64,000 bases of DNA from Eledone cirrhosa. Lineage: Eukaryota. The stretch spans positions 269,514,001 to 269,578,000 of the forward strand of contig OZ024742.1 in NCBI GenBank assembly GCA_964016885.1, given 5' to 3'. The notes under the pieces are model-generated. The model ran no database searches, was not told where the DNA came from, and was given only the letters and a program-made list of their open reading frames with translations. The first letter of the stretch is position 1. Each line of letters begins with the position of its first letter. Shown here one piece after another: positions 1-11,549 of the stretch. A program made the translations under genes and the position numbers.

Positions 1-109
1 TGTATGCAAGAAATTTCCTAGTACAAAGAACGTTTTCAAATATTTGTTTGAGGTTTCACAGCTTACTAAATGCAGATATCTAAAGATGACTTTCTGTTTC
101 TACTTACAG

Positions 110-450
110 ACATCCTAATTGTGGAAACAGTACAAAAGTGGCACACGGTATCATGATATCACCATATCATTTGTATAATAAATGACATCGATCGTATTTT
201 TTATTTGAATAATCATGTAATCCACTTGGACAATCATCTTGATGCAGTACCTACTGATTGTATTGCTGGCTTAAATTAACATTGATAACCAATGTATCTG
301 GTATATTTTCACAAGAACCGTTGTGTTAATTCTTCGTTGTGTATTCTAAGGAAAACACCACTATTATTGCAGAAAGAATTTGGATTATTGTTCTATTCAC
401 CACTCAGCATAATTAATGACCAATAATCATATGGATTATTCTAAAAATAG
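110..450 (+). pseudogene. Possible decayed CUB-domain-like exon
   Basis: Follows an acceptor-like ttctgtttctacttacag (ends 109). Pieced across frameshifts it reads HPNCGNSTKVAHGIMISPYHLY / NDIDRIFYL..HVIHLD..DC / WLKLTL..EPLC / WIIVLFTTQ..YGLF, spaced like CUB motifs. Stops are present; the resemblance is by eye only. Confidence 0.25.
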
Positions 451-656
451 CAAAACACAAACGAACAAAAAAAAAAATAGATTATTCAAGGAGAATTATA
501 GAAAAATTAATTCAATGGTCTCATCTCAAATTGTATACGTGTGAGTGAAAATCAGAAAATATATATGCAATCAACATTTAAATATGTATTACGATTGACT
601 AAACTAATGTACGATAGACATGTCCGGTAGATTTGTGTTGCACATAAGACGACGAC

Positions 657-657
<1 letters not shown>

Positions 658-722
<65 letters not shown>
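658..722 (+). repeat. (AAT)n microsatellite, left boundary of the retrotransposon array
   Basis: Pure aat repeat directly before copy 1. Confidence 0.97.
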
Positions 723-724
<2 letters not shown>

Positions 725-2321
725 CCCTTGACCATTATGCTGCGAAAAGTGAGAGCAGGATACAAGTTGGGAAGGGGAGAGCTTACCATCAATCACCTCC
801 TCTTCATGGACGATCTTAAGCTCTTCGGGAAAAGTGAGAAGGAGTTGGATGTGCTTGTTGACACTGTCCGTATTTTCAGCAGTGATATATGTATGCAGTT
901 TGGTATTGGTAAATGTGGAGTCATTGTGATGAGGAGGGGTAGGTTGAGCAGAAGTAATGGGATCCAGATACCAACAGGTGAGATGATAAAGGAAATTGAC
1001 TCTGAGGAAGGATACAAGTATTTGGGCGTTCTGGAGGCTGATGGCATAAAGAACAAAAAAATGAAGGAATTGTTAAGAACTGAATACATTCGGAGAGTAA
1101 GGAGCGTATTAAAGTCACATCTGAACAGTAGGAATGCCATAAGAGCAGTAAATTCCCGAGCTGTTTCTATTATTAGGTACAGTGCGGGAATTCTGAGATG
1201 GAATGTTGCTGAACAAAAAGAAATGGATAGGAAGACTAGGAAGCTATTGACTATCTACAACATGTTCCACAAGAGGAGTGATGTCGATAGACTCTTCTTA
1301 AGGAGATCTGAGGGTGGAAGAGGTCTTATCAGCATAGAGGACTGTGTTCAGATGGAGAAAAACAACCTATACAAATACGTGACCTATAGTAAGGAGCCAA
1401 TGCTCAGAACTGTACTGAAGGAGGGGACAGTAGGCCAGGGGATGTCCAAGGAGGAAATAACATCAAGGAGGAAGAGCAGCCTTAAGGGAAAATCCCTTCA
1501 TAGTACCTTCTTTGAGAAAACTGAATTTAGAGATCCACAGACATGGAACTGGTTGAGAAGAGGAGACCTCAAAAAGGCCACAGAAGGAATGCTAATGGCT
1601 GCGCAGGAGCAGGCCCTCAAAACGAAGTGGTTGAAGCACCATATTTACAAGGAGGAGGCTAGCCCACTGTGCAGGATCTGTGGAGAGAGAGAGGAGACTG
1701 TGGCTCACATTGTGTCCGAGTGTAAACACCTAGCCCAGACCCACTATAAGGGCTGGAGACACGATGTGGTGGGCAGGGTGATCCACCGGCACTGTGCAAA
1801 GTAAACAATTTACCACATTCTGAGAAATGGTATGAGCATAGGCCAGCGGCGGTGATGGAGAACAATCAGGTGAAGGTGCTGTGGGATTTTAGGATACAGA
1901 CGGACAAAAAACTGGAACACAATAGGCCTGACCTGGTGGTTGTGGACAAAGAAAAAAGATCGTGTCTGATTGTGGATGTGGCCTGCCCGTTCGACACGAG
2001 AGTGCAAGAGAAGGAGAGGGAGAAAATTAACCGATACCAGGACCTAAAGTGGGAGGTGAAAAGGATCTGGAACTGCCATGAAGTCAAAGTGATCCCGATT
2101 GTCATAGGCGCACTGGGGACTATCTCCAAAGGTTTCCAGGGATGGTTAAAGAAAATCGGCCCCTTCACGCTTTTTGGAACGCTTCAAAAGGCATGCTTGC
2201 TTGGAACAGCAAGAACCCTCCGATACGTCCTGAATATCTGAGGCTGCAGGTAGTGGCTTGATATTCAATCCAACGGACTTTCCAGTTAACCAACATCAAT
2301 GACTGAGATTCAAGGAATAAC
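722..2321 (+). mobile_element. R4/Dong-like RLE non-LTR retrotransposon, copy 1 (5'-truncated within RT, subfamily A)
   Basis: Nearly identical to 9660-11260. Has LFMDDLKL RT motif, CRICGEREETVAHIVSEC knuckle and RPDLVVVDK..D RLE motif. 1-nt deletion near 1790. (AAT)n tail to 2384. Confidence 0.93.
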
Positions 2322-2324
2322 AAC

Positions 2325-2384
<60 letters not shown>

Positions 2385-2385
<1 letters not shown>

Positions 2386-5300
2386 TGTACACTAAACACA
2401 ACAGCCAGATAACAGCAATTTCACCACCACCACAACCAATCTCAACATAATAATGATAATAATAATTACTACCACTATCATTACTACCACTATCCCATCG
2501 CCGCCGCCACCACTCCTTCATTGCTACCACCGCTATCCCCCCACTACCTTCTGTTAACTTACGAAAGGGGAGGATGGCGATATCACTAGACAATATTGAT
2601 AAACCAGATTAATATTTAATTTTGGATCAGGAATGTTGGAGTCGAAAATGGCAAAATGACTATACGACTACAGATTATTATTTCACCACCAATACCACCA
2701 CCACCACCACGATGAAAACTCCGGTCAAATCGACTCAAATTTATACCCCAACTACAACACCATCACTACAGTAATACGACCACATCACCACCACCACTGC
2801 CTCAGTATCGCTATCGCCGCTATTCTCTCCCACCACCTCCTGCTGTTTGCTGCTAGCACAGCACCACAACCACATTCTAGAATTCCTACTAAAAGAGGAC
2901 ACCATCACTACAGTAATACGACCACATCACCACCACCACTGCCTCAGTATCGCTACCGCCGCTATTCTCTCCCACTACCACCTGCTAGTTGCTGCTAGCA
3001 CTGCACCACCACCACATTGTAGAATTCCTACTAAAAAAGAGGAAGGCATCAAAATATATAAATAGACTCAAAAGAAAAAACAAAAATCAAAATCAAAGCA
3101 GCACAGCAACAATAACAAAAAAAAAAAAAAGAGCGTAAAGAAAATAAGAATGAAGAGAGAAACAAACGGACGGACAGAGAAAGGAAGGGGAAAACTAAGT
3201 GAGAGATTCGAACACTACATTACAATGAAACTTATGCTTATTCATTTTTGGGGGTTTTTCTGCCTGTTTGTTTGTTTGTTTATTTGTGTTCGTCTACAGC
3301 GTGATAATGCCACACAAGAGCCACGTGGAGTGACGCAACCACCGGAGACGGTGAATCCACCGGTGGTTATGTAACCATACATTCGCCAATCCTCGATAAG
3401 AGTGTTTAAATGTCGAACCTAAACAGTTCGAATAACGGTGAAATGGAGACTAGAACGTCATGTGACAGACTCTCACCCAACATGTGCTCCCTGGCTCAGC
3501 AGCAGGGACCTGGCTGTCAACCAAATACTGCTGGTGTCGGAGGAAGAAGAAGAAGGAAAGGGACCAGAACCAACTGAACGAAATAATTGAATAGAACTGT
3601 TATGCAATGTTACCGGAAAAGTAACCCCAAGGAGAGGGGCTAAAGGAAACGGATGCATAACATCTGGAACGAGATTGGTCTATTTAAATTAGATGAACAA
3701 AAATTGGCCGGGCAGGCTCGGGTAATAAGAACTAATGGGTGGATAAGCGAGCTAGAACTGGAGGAACTGGGCAGAGAGATTGGCTTGGAGGTGGAGGGTG
3801 GAGTATGCCAGGCAAACGAGCCAGTGGGAAATGAAGGTGAAGAGGTCTAGAGAACGGAGGAACGACCCGTAGCAGACAATGATCTGAATACTGAGATAAA
3901 TAATACCTGGAACAGAGATACGGCCACTAAGGAGATGAATGCTGACGGGCTAGGACAAGATTTGGTTGATATCCTAAATTTAGTGGTAGATGAATTGAAC
4001 AATGATGGTGGGAGACCTATGAACCTATGATTTGTAGACAGGAAAAAGTTAAAAGAAACAACAGCTAAGGTAAACAAAGTCATCCCATACCTTGAGGCGA
4101 GGAGCCTTCACCAGTGCAACAATATCCTCAAAGCAACAGCAAATACGGTGAGGAAACTACTTGGTATAAAAGCGAGAGGAAACAACAGACAAAAAAGTGC
4201 AGAGCCTTGGTGGAAGAAACGACTGAGTGGTCAAATCAGGGAAATTAGAAATTACATTGGAAAGCTTTAGTCACTACTGAATGGGACACTAAAAAACATA
4301 GACACTAAAAATAGACTGGAAATAAAGTACAAAACTAGTAGGAAAAAGCTAAATATTATCATAGAGGAACTGAAGCAACGCATTGTAGCAAAGAGTGCAA
4401 AAATCAGGCGATACGAGAACAGAGTCAGCCAGAATAGACAGAACCGCATGTTCGACAACAACCAGAAGATGCTGTTTGGACAGCTTGAAGGGAAAGAAAG
4501 AGGCAACGACTTGATTCCTGAGGCGGAACAAACGAAAACATTCTGGAGAGGAATATGGGAGCATGATGTTATACATAATGACGAGGCAGTGTGGATTGAG
4601 ACAGTACAGAAGGAGATTAGTGAACAGGCACACCAACAAACTGATTTGAGTATCACAGTTGAAACTCTTAAGCGGCAGGCCAAAAAACTAACCAACTGGA
4701 AATCACCAGGCCCAGATGGTGTGCAGGGGTATTGGATTAAAAATATAACATCCCGCCACACAATACTGACAACCATGTTCAATGACTGCTTGATGTCAGG
4801 TGAGGTGCCAGAGTGGTTGACAAAAGGTACCACAGTTCTGATAATGAAAGACCGAATCAAGGGTAATGATGTTACCAACTATAGACCTATCACATGTCTG
4901 TCCGTAATGTGGAAACTGTTGACAATCATTATGTCTGAGGAAATCTACCATCACCTCCACACAAACAACTTGTTACCGGACGAAGAGAAAGGATGCCGAA
5001 AGAAGTCACGTGTTACAAAGGACCAGCTACTATTAAGATAGTAATGAGGCATTGCATGAGGAGACACACTGGTCTTGACATGGGATGGATAGACTACAAA
5101 AAGGCATTTGACATGGTGACTCATTCTTGGATCACCAAAAGCCTGGAGATCTACAAGGTGGCAGTTAACATCAGACAGTTGTTGGGCAAAGGTATAAAGT
5201 CCTGGGAAACAGAGTTAATATCAACTGGAGAATCCTTGGAAAGCGTGAAGATCAAGAGAGGGATCTTCCAGGGAGATAGCCTGTCCCCTCTGTTGTTTGT

Positions 5301-6866
5301 CCTTGCCATGATGCCCCTGACCAGTGTACTGCGAAAAGTGAGAGCATGATACATGTTGGGAAAGGGAGGGCTTACCATCAATCAGCTTCTCTTCATGGAC
5401 GATCTTAAGCTCTTCGGAAAGAGTGAGAAGGAGCTGGATGTGCTTGTTGACACTGTCCGTATTTTCAGCAATGATATATGTATGCAATTTGGTATTAGTA
5501 AGTGTGGAGTCATTGTGATGAGGAGGGTGGGTTGAGCAAAAGTAACGGAATCCAGGTACCAACAGGTGAGATGATAAAGGAAATTGACTCTGAAGAAGGA
5601 TACAAGTATTTGGGCGTTCTGGAGGCTGATGACATCGAGAACAAAAAAATGAAGGAATGGATAAGAACTTAATACATTCGGAGAGTAAGGAGCGTATTAA
5701 AGTCACATCTGAACAGTAGGAATGCCATAAGTGCAGTAAATTCCCGAGCTGTGTCTATTATTAGGTACAGTGCGGGAATTCTGAGATGGAATGTTGCTGA
5801 ACAAAAAGAAATGGATAGGAAGACTAGGAAGCTATTGACTATCTACAACATGTTCCACAAGAGGAGTGATGTCGATAGACTCTACTTAAGGAGATCTGAG
5901 GGTGGAAGAGGTCTTATCAGCATAGACGACTGTGTTCAGATGGAGAAAAACAAACTACACAAATACGTGACTGATAGTAAGGAGCCAATGCTCAGAACTG
6001 TACTGAAGGAGGGGACAATAGGCCAGGGGATGTCCAAGGAGAAATAACATCAAGGAGAAAGAGCAGCCTTCAGGAAAAATCCCTTCATAGTACCTTCTTT
6101 GAGAAAACTGAATTTAGAGATCCACAGACATGGAACTGGTTGAAAAGAGGAGACCTTAAAAAGGCTACAGAAGGAATGTTAATGGCTACGCAGGAGCAGG
6201 CCCTCAAAACGAAGTGGTTGAAACACCATATTTACAAGGAGGAGGCTAGCCCACTGTGCAGGATCTGTGGAGAGAGAGAGGAGACTGTGGCTCACATTGT
6301 ATCCGAGTGTAAACACCTAGCCCAGACACACTACAAATACTGCAGACATGATGTGATGGGCAGGGTGATCCACTGGCACCTATGCTAAGTAAACAATTAA
6401 TCACCATAAGCCAGAGGCGGTGATAGAAAACGATCAGGTGAAGGTGCTGTGGGATTTTAGGATATGGACGGACAAGAAACCGGAACACAATAGACCTGAT
6501 CTGGTGGTGGTGGACAAAGAAAAAAGATCGTGCCTGATTCTGGATGTGGCCTGCCCATTCGACACGAGAGTGCAAGAGAAGGAGAGGGAAAAAATTAACC
6601 GATACCAGGACTTAAGGTGGGAGGTAAAAAGGATTTGGAACTGCCATGAAGTCAAAGTGATCCCGATTGTCATAGGCGCACTAGGGACTATCTCAAAAAG
6701 TTTCCAGGGATGGTTAAAGAAAATTGGCCTCTTCACGCTTTTTGGAACGCTTCAAAAGGCATGCTTGCTGGGAACAGCAAGAATCCTCCGATACATCCTG
6801 AATATCTGAGGCTGCAGGTAGTGGCTTGATATTCATTTCAACAAACTTTCCTGTTAACTCAAAGAG
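2385..6866 (+). mobile_element. R4/Dong-like element, copy 2 (near full length, decayed, subfamily B)
   Basis: Colinear with copy 3 from the 5' UTR to the 3' UTR. ORF 3443-6809 is broken by many stops and frameshifts. The 5' UTR has extra sequence (~2550-2690) and a ~140-bp tandem duplication (2757-3034). Confidence 0.92.
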
Positions 6867-6882
6867 TAATAACAACAACAAC

Positions 6883-6952
<70 letters not shown>

Positions 6953-6956
6953 TAAA

Positions 6957-9900
6957 ATGGCTATAAATGGAAGAAGAAGAACCCCCCCCTCCTCTCCTTT
7001 GGCTACACTATATAGGACAGCGAAACTCACCAACACCAGAAACTAGATACACCACCCACCCCATCATCTGTGTACACTAAACACAACAGCATTTTCACCT
7101 TCACCGCCACCGCTCACTACGGCCATCATTACCACCACTATCCCATCACCACCGCCACCACCCCCTGACTCCTTCACTGCTGCTGCCACCGCTACAGCAC
7201 CATCACTACAGTAATACGGTCGCATCACCGCCACCACTGCCTCGGTATCGACATCACCGCCACCACTGTCTCAGTATCGCCAACGCCGCTAGTCTCTGCT
7301 GGCTACCACTTCCACATTATAGAATTCCTACTACCAACAAAGAGGAAGGCATCAAAATATATAGATAGACTCAAAAGAAAAAAGAAAAAACAAACTACAA
7401 AAGCAGCACAGCAACAACAGTAAAAAACGAGAAAAACAGAGAAAAACAAAAACAAAAAAAGAAACCCCAAAAACGTAAAGAAAATAAGAATGAAGAGAGA
7501 AGCAGGCGGACGGACAGAGAAGAGGGGGGAAAAAGTAAACTTAAAAAACAAAAACTAAGTCAGACATTCGAATACTACATTACAATGAAACTTATGCTTA
7601 TTCATTTTTGGGGCCCTTTCTGCCCGTGTGTTTGTTTGTTTATGTGTGTCCGTATACAGCGTGGTGATAATGCCACACAAGGGCCAAGTGGGATGGCGGA
7701 TCCACAGATGGCTATGTAAACATACATTCGCCAATCCTCGATAAGAGTGTTTAAATATCGAACATAAACAGTTCGAATAACGGTGAAATGGAGACTAGAA
7801 CGTCATGTGACAGACTCTCACCCAACAGGTGCCCCCTGGCTCAGCAGCAGGAACCTGACTGTCAACGAAATACTGCTGATGTTGGAGGAAGAAGAAGAAG
7901 GAAAGGGGCCAGAACCAACTGGACGAAAGAATTGAATAGAACTGTTATGCAATGCTACCTGAAAAGTAACCCCAAGGAGAGGGGCTACAGGAGACGGATG
8001 CATAACATCTGGAACGAGATTGGTTTATTTAAATTAGATGAACAAAAATTGGCCGGGCAGGCTCGGGTAATAAGAACTAATGGGTGGATAAGCGAGCTGG
8101 AACTGGAGGAACTGAGCAGAGAGAATGGCTTGGAGATGGCGGGTGTAGTATGCCAGACAAGCGAGCCGGCGGGAAATGAAGGTGAGGAGGTCCTGAGAGC
8201 GGAGGAACCACCCGAAGCAGACAATGATCTGAATACTGAGATAAATAATACCTGGAACAGAGATACGGCCACTGAGGAGATGAATGCTGACGGGCTAGGA
8301 CAAGATTCGGTTGACATCCTAAATTTAGTGGTAGATGAGTTGAACAATGATAGTGGGATACCTATGAACCTAAGATTTGTAGACAGGAAAAAGTTAAAAG
8401 AAACAACAGCTAAGGTAAACAAAGTCATCCCATACCTTGAGGCGAGGAGTCTTCACCAGTGCAACAATATCCTCAAAGCAACAGCAAATACGGTGAGGAA
8501 ACTACTTGGTATAAAAGCGAGAGGAAACAACAGACAAGAAAGAGCAGAGCCGTGGTGGAAGAAGCGACTGAGTGGGCAAATCGGGGAAATGAGAAATGAC
8601 ATAGGAAAGCTTGAATCACTACTGAATGGGACACTAAAAAACATAGGCACTAAAAATAGACTGGAAATAAAATACAAAACTAGGAGTAAAAAGCTAAATA
8701 TTATCATAGAGGAGTTGAAGCAACGCATTGTAGCAAAGAGTGCCAAAATCAGGCGATACGAGAACAGAGTCAGTCAGTATAAACAGAACCGCATGTTCGA
8801 CAACAACCAGAAGATGCTGTTTGGACAGCTTGAGGGGAAAGAAAGAGGCACCGACTTGATCCCTGGGGCGGAACAAGCTAAAACATTCTGGAGAGGAATA
8901 TGGGAGCAGGATGTTAGACACAATGCCCAGGCAGGGTGGATTGAGACAGTACAGAGGGAGATCGGTGAGCAGGCACAGCAACAGACTGATTTGAGTATCA
9001 CAGTTGAAACTCTTAAGGGGCAAGCCAAAAAACTAACCAACTGGAAATCACCAGGCCCAGATGGTGTGCAGGGGTATTGGATTAAACATTTAACATCCCT
9101 CCACCCGAAGCTGACGGCCATGTTCAATGACTGCTTGGTGTCGGGTGAGGTGCCAGAGTGGTTGACAAAAGGTACCACAGTTCTGATAATGAAAGACCGA
9201 ATCAAGGGTAATGATGTTACCAACTATAGACCTATCACATGTCTGCCCGTAATGTGGAAACTGTTGACGAGCATTGTGTCTGAGGAAATCTACCATCACC
9301 TCCACACAAACAACTTGTTGCCGGACGAACAGAAAGGATGCCGAAAGAAGTCACGTGGTACAAAGGACCAGTTGCTTATTGATAAGATGGTAATGGGGAA
9401 TTGCAGGAGGAGACACACTGATCTTGCCATGGGATGGATAGACTACAGAAAGGCATTTGACATGGTGCCTCATTCCTGGATCACCAAAAGCCTGGAGATC
9501 TTCAGGGTGGCAGATAACATCAGACAGTTGCTGGGCAGGAGTATGGGGTCCTGGGAGACAGAGTTGACATCAACTGGAGTATCCTTGGGAAGCGTGAAGA
9601 TCAAGAGAGGTATCTTCCAGGGAGATAGCCTGTCCCCTCTGTTGTTTGTCCTTGCCCTGATGCCCTTGACCATTATGCTGCGAAAAGTGAGAGCAGGATA
9701 CAAGTTGGGAAGGGGAGAGCTTACCATCAATCACCTCCTCTTCATGGACGATCTTAAGCTCTTCGGGAAAAGTGAGAAGGAGTTGGATGTGCTTGTTGAC
9801 ACTGTCCGTATTTTCAGCAGTGATATATGTATGCAGTTTGGTATTGGTAAATGTGGAGTCATTGTGATGAGGAGGGGTAGGTTGAGCAGAAGTAACGGGA

Positions 9901-11260
9901 TCCAGATACCAACAGGTGAGATGATAAAGGAAATTGACTCTGAGGAAGGATACAAGTATTTGGGCGTTCTGGAGGCTGATGGCATAAAGAACAAAAAAAT
10001 GAAGGAATTGTTAAGAACTGAATACATTCGGAGAGTAAGGAGCGTATTGAAGTCACATCTGAACAGCAGAAATGCCATAAGCGCAGTAAATTCCCGAGCT
10101 GTGTCTATTATTAGGTACAGTGCGGGAATTCTGAGATGGAATGTTGCTGAACAAAAAGAAATGGATAGGAAGACTAGGAAGCTATTGACTATCTACAACA
10201 TGTTCCACAAGAGGAGTGATGTCGATAGACTCTACCTAAGGAGATCTGATGGTGGAAGAGGTCTTATCAGCATAGAGGACTGTGTTCAGATGGAGAAAAA
10301 CAACCTATACAAATACGTGACCTATAGTAAGGAGCCAATGCTCAGAGCTGTACTGAAGGAGGGGACAGTAGGCCAGGGGATACCCAAGGAGGAAATAACA
10401 TCAAGGAGGAAGAGCAGCCTTAAGGGAAAATCCCTTCATAGTACCTTCTTTGAGAAAACTGAATTTAGAGATCCACAGACATGGAACTGGTTGAGAAGAG
10501 GAGACCTCAAAAAGGCTACAGAAGGAATGCTAATGGCTGCGCAGGAGCAGGCCCTCAAAACGAAGTGGTTGAAGCACCATATCTACAAGGAGGAGGCTAG
10601 CCCACTGTGCAGGATCTGTGGAGAGAGAGAGGAGACTGTGGCTCACATTGTGTCCGAGTGTAAACACCTAGCCCAGACCCACTATAAGGGCTGGAGACAC
10701 GATGTGATGGGCAGGGTGATCCACTGGCACCTGTGCAAAGTAAACAATCTACCACATTCTGAGAAATGGTATGAGCATAGGCCAGAGGCGGTGATGGAGA
10801 ACAGTCAGGTGAAGGTGCTGTGGGATTTTAGGATACAGACGGACAAAAAACTGGAACACAATAGACCTGACCTGGTGGTTGTGGACAAAGAAAAAAGATC
10901 GTGCCTGATTGTGGATGTGGCCTGCCCGTTCGACACGAGAGTGCAAGAGAAGGAGAGGGAGAAAATTAACCGATACCAGGACCTAAAGTGGGAGGTGAAA
11001 AGTATTTGGAACTGCCATGAAGTCAAAGTGATCCCGATTGTCATAGGCGCACTGGGGACTATCTCCAAAGGTTTCCAGGGATGGTTAAAGAAAATCGGCC
11101 CCTTCACGCTTTTTGGAACGCTTCAAAAGGCATGCTTTCTTGAAACGGCAAGAACCCTCCGATACGTCCTGAATATCTGAGGCTGCAGGTAGTGGCTTGA
11201 TATTCAATCCAACGGACTTTCCAGTTAACCAACATCAATGACTGAGATTCAAGGAATAAC
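6957..11260 (+). mobile_element. R4/Dong-like element, copy 3 (full length, intact ORF, subfamily A)
   Basis: ~830-nt 5' UTR starting atggctataaatgg right after (AAT)n, a single ORF, an ~80-nt 3' UTR and an (AAT)n tail. Confidence 0.95.
7788..11180 (+). CDS. Single-ORF protein: Myb-like N-terminus, reverse transcriptase, CCHC knuckle, restriction-like endonuclease (R4 clade)
   Basis: Uninterrupted 1130 aa. WTKELNRTVMQCY..GYRRRMHNIWNE (Myb-like); KSPGPDG, NYRPITCL, WIDYRKAFD, IFQGDSLSPLLF, FMDD, YKYLG (RT); CRICGEREETVAHIVSEC; RHD; RPDLVVVDK..VDVACP..EKINRY (RLE). Confidence 0.95.
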   Translation: METRTSCDRLSPNRCPLAQQQEPDCQRNTADVGGRRRRKGARTNWTKELNRTVMQCYLKSNPKERGYRRRMHNIWNEIGLFKLDEQKLAGQARVIRTNGWISELELEELSRENGLEMAGVVCQTSEPAGNEGEEVLRAEEPPEADNDLNTEINNTWNRDTATEEMNADGLGQDSVDILNLVVDELNNDSGIPMNLRFVDRKKLKETTAKVNKVIPYLEARSLHQCNNILKATANTVRKLLGIKARGNNRQERAEPWWKKRLSGQIGEMRNDIGKLESLLNGTLKNIGTKNRLEIKYKTRSKKLNIIIEELKQRIVAKSAKIRRYENRVSQYKQNRMFDNNQKMLFGQLEGKERGTDLIPGAEQAKTFWRGIWEQDVRHNAQAGWIETVQREIGEQAQQQTDLSITVETLKGQAKKLTNWKSPGPDGVQGYWIKHLTSLHPKLTAMFNDCLVSGEVPEWLTKGTTVLIMKDRIKGNDVTNYRPITCLPVMWKLLTSIVSEEIYHHLHTNNLLPDEQKGCRKKSRGTKDQLLIDKMVMGNCRRRHTDLAMGWIDYRKAFDMVPHSWITKSLEIFRVADNIRQLLGRSMGSWETELTSTGVSLGSVKIKRGIFQGDSLSPLLFVLALMPLTIMLRKVRAGYKLGRGELTINHLLFMDDLKLFGKSEKELDVLVDTVRIFSSDICMQFGIGKCGVIVMRRGRLSRSNGIQIPTGEMIKEIDSEEGYKYLGVLEADGIKNKKMKELLRTEYIRRVRSVLKSHLNSRNAISAVNSRAVSIIRYSAGILRWNVAEQKEMDRKTRKLLTIYNMFHKRSDVDRLYLRRSDGGRGLISIEDCVQMEKNNLYKYVTYSKEPMLRAVLKEGTVGQGIPKEEITSRRKSSLKGKSLHSTFFEKTEFRDPQTWNWLRRGDLKKATEGMLMAAQEQALKTKWLKHHIYKEEASPLCRICGEREETVAHIVSECKHLAQTHYKGWRHDVMGRVIHWHLCKVNNLPHSEKWYEHRPEAVMENSQVKVLWDFRIQTDKKLEHNRPDLVVVDKEKRSCLIVDVACPFDTRVQEKEREKINRYQDLKWEVKSIWNCHEVKVIPIVIGALGTISKGFQGWLKKIGPFTLFGTLQKACFLETARTLRYVLNI

Positions 11261-11549
11261 AATAACAATAATAATAATAATAATAATGATTTCTTTATTA
11301 ACCACAAGGGTTTACATAAAGTAGACATTAAGGACAGTGCAGGACAATGCAGGACGGTACAAATGGGCATTTCTGCGTGTAAAAAAACAAAAACAGAGGA
11401 TGTAACAAAAATAACAATGAAAATAACAATGAAAAATTCCCCAATAGGGGGGAGACTTCGGAGGGACATTTGTGGAGAAAGCCCAGTAAAAAGCCACAAT
11501 GACCCTGACCACCAAGGCAAGTGCCCTCTCCCAGTTTTCCACCTTTAAT

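Noticed and set aside
599-796. Poly-Ile/Tyr ORFs and the N-terminal extension of ORF 620-1804
   Set aside because: These are translations of the (AAT)n tract running into a 5'-truncated element, not a real N-terminus.
7700-7760. HDV-like ribozyme in the R4-like 5' UTR (tcctcg resembles L3)
   Set aside because: No P3/P1/P1.1 pairing could be built, and copy 4 has tcctca.
7818-11107. Recurrent antisense ORFs inside the R4-like copies
   Set aside because: They are shadows of the sense ORF, repeated only because the element is repeated.
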